From: a virus
Strand: one strand, 5' to 3'
IMG/VR virus record: IMGVR_UViG_3300035181_002522
Coordinates: 100,332 to 164,331 of that record
Length of the DNA: 64,000 bases
Shown here: piece by piece, positions 60,683 through 64,000 of the stretch
How the letters are laid out: each line of letters begins with the position of its first letter
Numbering within the stretch: the stretch's first letter is position 1
Notes under the pieces: generated by a model
Databases searched by the model: none
Told to the model about the DNA's origin: nothing
The model's input: the letters and a program-made list of their open reading frames with translations, nothing else
Made by a program: the position numbers and the translations under genes

Positions 60683-61710
60683 TGATAAGCTTTAAACAAT
60701 TTTTAAATGGGGTTAAAGAACAAATGAAGATATGTAATTTATTTGAACAGGAAATAGTTTATCATAATGATATTACGGTTCCAAAGTCATGTAAGTCGTT
60801 GTTCGAGTTAGTAAATTTGTTTCCTGGCTATCAGCCCGGCTGCAAAGTTAGTGGTAACTTTTCTTGTCATGGCTGTACATCTTTGACATCTCTAGAAGGA
60901 GCACCTAGTTCAGTTGGCGGTAACTTTTCTTGTTGGGATTGTACATCTCTGACATCTCTAGAAGGAGCTCCTAGCTCAGTTGGCGGTAACTTTTATTGCC
61001 ATCGCTGTACATCTCTGACATCTCTAGAAGGAGCACCTAGTTCAGTTAGTGGTGACTTTTTTTGTGGTGATTGTTCATCTTTGACATCTCTAAAAGGAGC
61101 TCCTAGTTCAGTTGGCGGTGACTTTTTTTGTGGTGATTGTTCATCTTTGACATCTCTAAAAGGAGCTCCTAGCTCAGTTGGCGGTAACTTTTCTTGCGCT
61201 GACTGTACATCTTTGACATCTCTAGAAGGAGCACCTAGTTCGATTAGTGGTGACTTTTCTTGTTATGGCTGTACATCTTTGACTTCTCTAGAAGGAGCTC
61301 CTAGTTCAGTTAGTGGTAACTTTTTTTGTTATGGCTGTAGATCTCTGACATCTCTAAAAGGAGCTCCTAGTTCAGTTAGTGGTAACTTTTCTTGTGCTAA
61401 CTGTACATCTTTGATATCTCTAGAAGGAGCACCTAGTTCAGTTGGCGGTAACTTTTCTTGTCACGGCTGTAGATCTCTGACATCTCTAGAAGGAGCTCCT
61501 AGTTCGATTGGCGGTGACTTTTCTTGTTATGGCTGTACATCTTTGAGAAAGCCAATCTTAAGTTTACTCAAAATAAAAAAATTAAAAAAAATAATCTACG
61601 ACAATGCGGATGTGCAAGCTATAGTAAATGGGCATATGCAAGACAAAAATATCGCAGCGTGTCAAACTGAATTAATGAAGAACGGATTTAAGGAATATGC
61701 AAAATTATGA
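60682..61710 (+). CDS. Tandem 22-aa LRR protein, copy 1 (11 CxxC units)
   Basis: GNFSCxxCTSLTSLEGAPSSVG repeats; MISFKQFL start; array C-terminal tag. Confidence 0.92.
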   Translation: MISFKQFLNGVKEQMKICNLFEQEIVYHNDITVPKSCKSLFELVNLFPGYQPGCKVSGNFSCHGCTSLTSLEGAPSSVGGNFSCWDCTSLTSLEGAPSSVGGNFYCHRCTSLTSLEGAPSSVSGDFFCGDCSSLTSLKGAPSSVGGDFFCGDCSSLTSLKGAPSSVGGNFSCADCTSLTSLEGAPSSISGDFSCYGCTSLTSLEGAPSSVSGNFFCYGCRSLTSLKGAPSSVSGNFSCANCTSLISLEGAPSSVGGNFSCHGCRSLTSLEGAPSSIGGDFSCYGCTSLRKPILSLLKIKKLKKIIYDNADVQAIVNGHMQDKNIAACQTELMKNGFKEYAKL

Positions 61711-62064
61711 TGAATACCAAAGCTGATATGACACATGATGAATATTTCACATTACCCGTTAGTAATCATTGTTGGTAATTTTGATAACAGCAACATGGTA
61801 GAAGCTGAAGAAGTGTATATCTCTAAAATAAAAATTAATTTACAAGGAATACAAAAGATGTTAAGATGTTCTAAGATTAAAATTTTGGACGCAAGAACAA
61901 TTGAAGCTGGAGCTCTATCGCTTCTAAAAATTCAAGGTTCACAACATATTTCATTTGGTGGAAGTACAAATAATAGACCAGAATGAACTAAGATTATTAT
62001 GAATCACTTGAATGTAGTGGTATGTCAAATTGAATTACTAAAAATGGGGTTAAAGAACAAATGA
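61707..62064 (+). pseudogene. Decayed array paralogue, spacer copy 1
   Basis: INLQGIQK, AGALSLLKI and CQIELLKMGLK fragments with frameshift and stops. Confidence 0.7.
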
Positions 62065-63518
62065 AGATATGTAATTTATTTGAACAGGAAATAGTTTATC
62101 ATAATGATATTACGGTTCCAAAGTTATGTAAGTCATTGTTCGAGTTAGTAAATTTGTTTCCTGGCTATCAGCCCGGCTGCAAAGTTAGTGGTAACTTTTC
62201 TTGTTATAACTGTACATCTTTGACATCTCTAGAAGGAGCTCCTAGTTCAGTTGGTGGTAACTTTTCTTGTTGGGATTGTACATCTCTGACATCTCTAGAA
62301 GGAGCACCTAGTTCAGTTGGCGGTAACTTTTCTTGTTATAACTGTACATCTTTAACATCTCTAGAAGGAGCTCCTAGTTCGATTAGTGGTAACTTTTCTT
62401 GTTATAACTGTACATCTTTAACATCTCTAGAAGGAGCTCCTAGTTCGATTAGTGGTAACTTTTCTTGTTGGGATTGTACATCTCTGACATCTCTAGAAGG
62501 AGCACCTAGTTCAGTTAGTGGTAACTTTTCTTGTGCTAACTGTACATCTCTGACATCTCTAGAAGGAGCACCTAGTTCAGTTAGTGGTGACTTTTTTTGT
62601 TATGGCTGTACATCTTTAACATCTCTAGAAGGAGCACCTAGTTCAGTTGGCGGTAACTTTTCTTGTTATAACTGTACATCTTTAACATCTCTAGAAGGAG
62701 CTCCTAGCTCAGTTGGCGGTAACTTTTCTTGTTATAACTGTACATCTTTAACATCTCTAGAAGGAGCTCCTAGTTCGATTAGTGGTAACTTTTCTTGTTG
62801 GGATTGTACATCTCTGACATCTCTAGAAGGAGCACCTAGCTCAGTTGGTGGTAACTTTTCTTGTTATGACTGTAGATCTCTGACATCTCTAGAAGGAGCT
62901 CCTAGTTCAGTTGGTGGTAACTTTTTTTGTTATGGCTGTACATCTTTAACATCTCTAGAAGGAGCACCTAGCTCAGTTAGTGGTAACTTTTCTTGTGCTA
63001 ACTGTACATCTTTGACATCTCTAGAAGGAGCACCTAGTTCGATTAGTGGTAACTTTTCTTGTTGGGATTGTACATCTCTGACATCTCTGACATCTCTAGA
63101 AGGAGCACCTAGTTCGCTTGGTGGTGACTTTTCTTGTCATGGCTGTACATCTCTGACATCTCTAGAAGGAGCACCTAGCTTGGTTGGCGGTGACTTTTCT
63201 TGTCATGGCTGTACATCTTTGACATCTCTAGAAGGAGCACCTAGCTTGGTTGGCGGTGACTTTTCTTGTCATGGCTGTACATCTTTGACATCTCTAGAAG
63301 GAACTCCTAGTTCGATTGGTGGTGACTTTTCTTGTCATGGCTGTACATCTTTGAGAAAGCCAATCTTACGTTTACTCAAAATAAAAAAATTAAAAAAAAT
63401 AATCTACGACAATGCAGATGTGCAAGCTATAGTAAATAGGCATATGCAAGACAAAAATATCGCAGCGTGTCAAACTGAATTAATGAAGAACGGATTTAAG
63501 GAATATGCAAAATTATGA
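62061..63518 (+). CDS. Tandem 22-aa LRR protein, copy 2 (18 CxxC units)
   Basis: Caps nearly identical to copy 1; seven extra repeats plus a TSL duplication. Confidence 0.92.
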   Translation: MKICNLFEQEIVYHNDITVPKLCKSLFELVNLFPGYQPGCKVSGNFSCYNCTSLTSLEGAPSSVGGNFSCWDCTSLTSLEGAPSSVGGNFSCYNCTSLTSLEGAPSSISGNFSCYNCTSLTSLEGAPSSISGNFSCWDCTSLTSLEGAPSSVSGNFSCANCTSLTSLEGAPSSVSGDFFCYGCTSLTSLEGAPSSVGGNFSCYNCTSLTSLEGAPSSVGGNFSCYNCTSLTSLEGAPSSISGNFSCWDCTSLTSLEGAPSSVGGNFSCYDCRSLTSLEGAPSSVGGNFFCYGCTSLTSLEGAPSSVSGNFSCANCTSLTSLEGAPSSISGNFSCWDCTSLTSLTSLEGAPSSLGGDFSCHGCTSLTSLEGAPSLVGGDFSCHGCTSLTSLEGAPSLVGGDFSCHGCTSLTSLEGTPSSIGGDFSCHGCTSLRKPILRLLKIKKLKKIIYDNADVQAIVNRHMQDKNIAACQTELMKNGFKEYAKL

Positions 63519-63812
63519 TGAATACCAAAGCTGATATGACACATGATGAATATTTCACATTACCCGTTAGTAATCATTGTTGGTAATTTTGATAACAGCA
63601 ACATGGTAGAAGCTGAAGCTGAAGCTGAAGCTGAAGCTGAAGCTGGAGCTCTATCGCTTCTAAAAATTCAAGGTTCACCACATATTTCATTTGGTGGAAG
63701 TACAAATAATAGACCAGAATGAACTAAGATTATTATGAATCACTTGAATGGCAACAAGAATGTAGTGGTATGTCAAACTGAATTACTAAAAATGGGGTTA
63801 AAGAACAAATGA
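63515..63812 (+). pseudogene. Decayed array paralogue, spacer copy 2, with (GAAGCT)6
   Basis: Near-identical to 61707-62064 apart from an internal replacement and a 9-nt indel. Confidence 0.7.
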
Positions 63813-64000
63813 AGATATGTAATTTATTTGAACAGGAAATAGTTTATCATAATGATATTATTGTTCCAAAGTCATGTAAGTCATTGTTCGAGTTAGTAAA
63901 TTTGTTTCCTGGCTATCAGCCCGGCTGCAAAGTTAGTGGTAACTTTTCTTGTTATAACTGTACATCTTTGACATCTCTAGAAGGAGCTCCTAGTTCAGTT
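63809..64000 (+). CDS. Tandem LRR protein, copy 3 (partial)
   Basis: MKICNLFEQEIVYHNDII... runs off the window. Confidence 0.88.
   Translation, partial: MKICNLFEQEIVYHNDIIVPKSCKSLFELVNLFPGYQPGCKVSGNFSCYNCTSLTSLEGAPSSV

Larger units (their letters stand above)
60704..64000 (+). repeat. Tandem amplification of an [LRR gene + spacer] unit with internal 66-bp repeats
   Basis: AAATGGGGTTAAAGAACAAATGAAGATATGT at about 60705, 62042 and 63790. Confidence 0.92.

Noticed and set aside
60850-63350. CRISPR array or DGR explanation for the 66-bp repeats
   Set aside because: Repeats are contiguous, in frame and lack unique spacers; variation is not confined to adenines; no reverse transcriptase or template repeat in the window

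Overview
AT-rich segment of a large T4-like (jumbo-type) myophage genome. About 1-40 kb is a + strand accessory region of small genes, about 15 recognisable tRNA genes (several degenerate), unusual tRNA-like RNAs and many decayed genes. It also carries host-type genes: a CoaE-CoaD fusion, panD, a PAS-GGDEF protein, a PEP-CTERM-like protein, an Lpp-like lipoprotein, a zinc metalloprotease and two GatB/YqeY-like proteins. About 41-64 kb is a virion morphogenesis region (sheath, tail terminator, two neck proteins, tube, tube-like baseplate protein, gp4 nuclease, probable small terminase). Two candidate novel systems stand out. (1) At 8.2-10.6 kb, one tRNA-mimic / Y-RNA-like architecture occurs in two circular permutations around an uncharacterised 254-aa gene: three tRNA-ended RNAs share a covarying ~52-nt insert, and two RNAs have T-arm-first order with a closed acceptor stem. 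(2) Among the structural genes lies an array of about 15 LRR or LRR-derived paralogues. They share the C-terminal tag CQTELxKxGxKEYAKL and mostly have N-termini resembling the T4 capsid-targeting sequence. Four junctions have a fixed 14-nt overlap, and a tandemly amplified 22-aa LRR is hypervariable at the predicted binding face. All product calls come from motif recognition by eye; no database searches were run.
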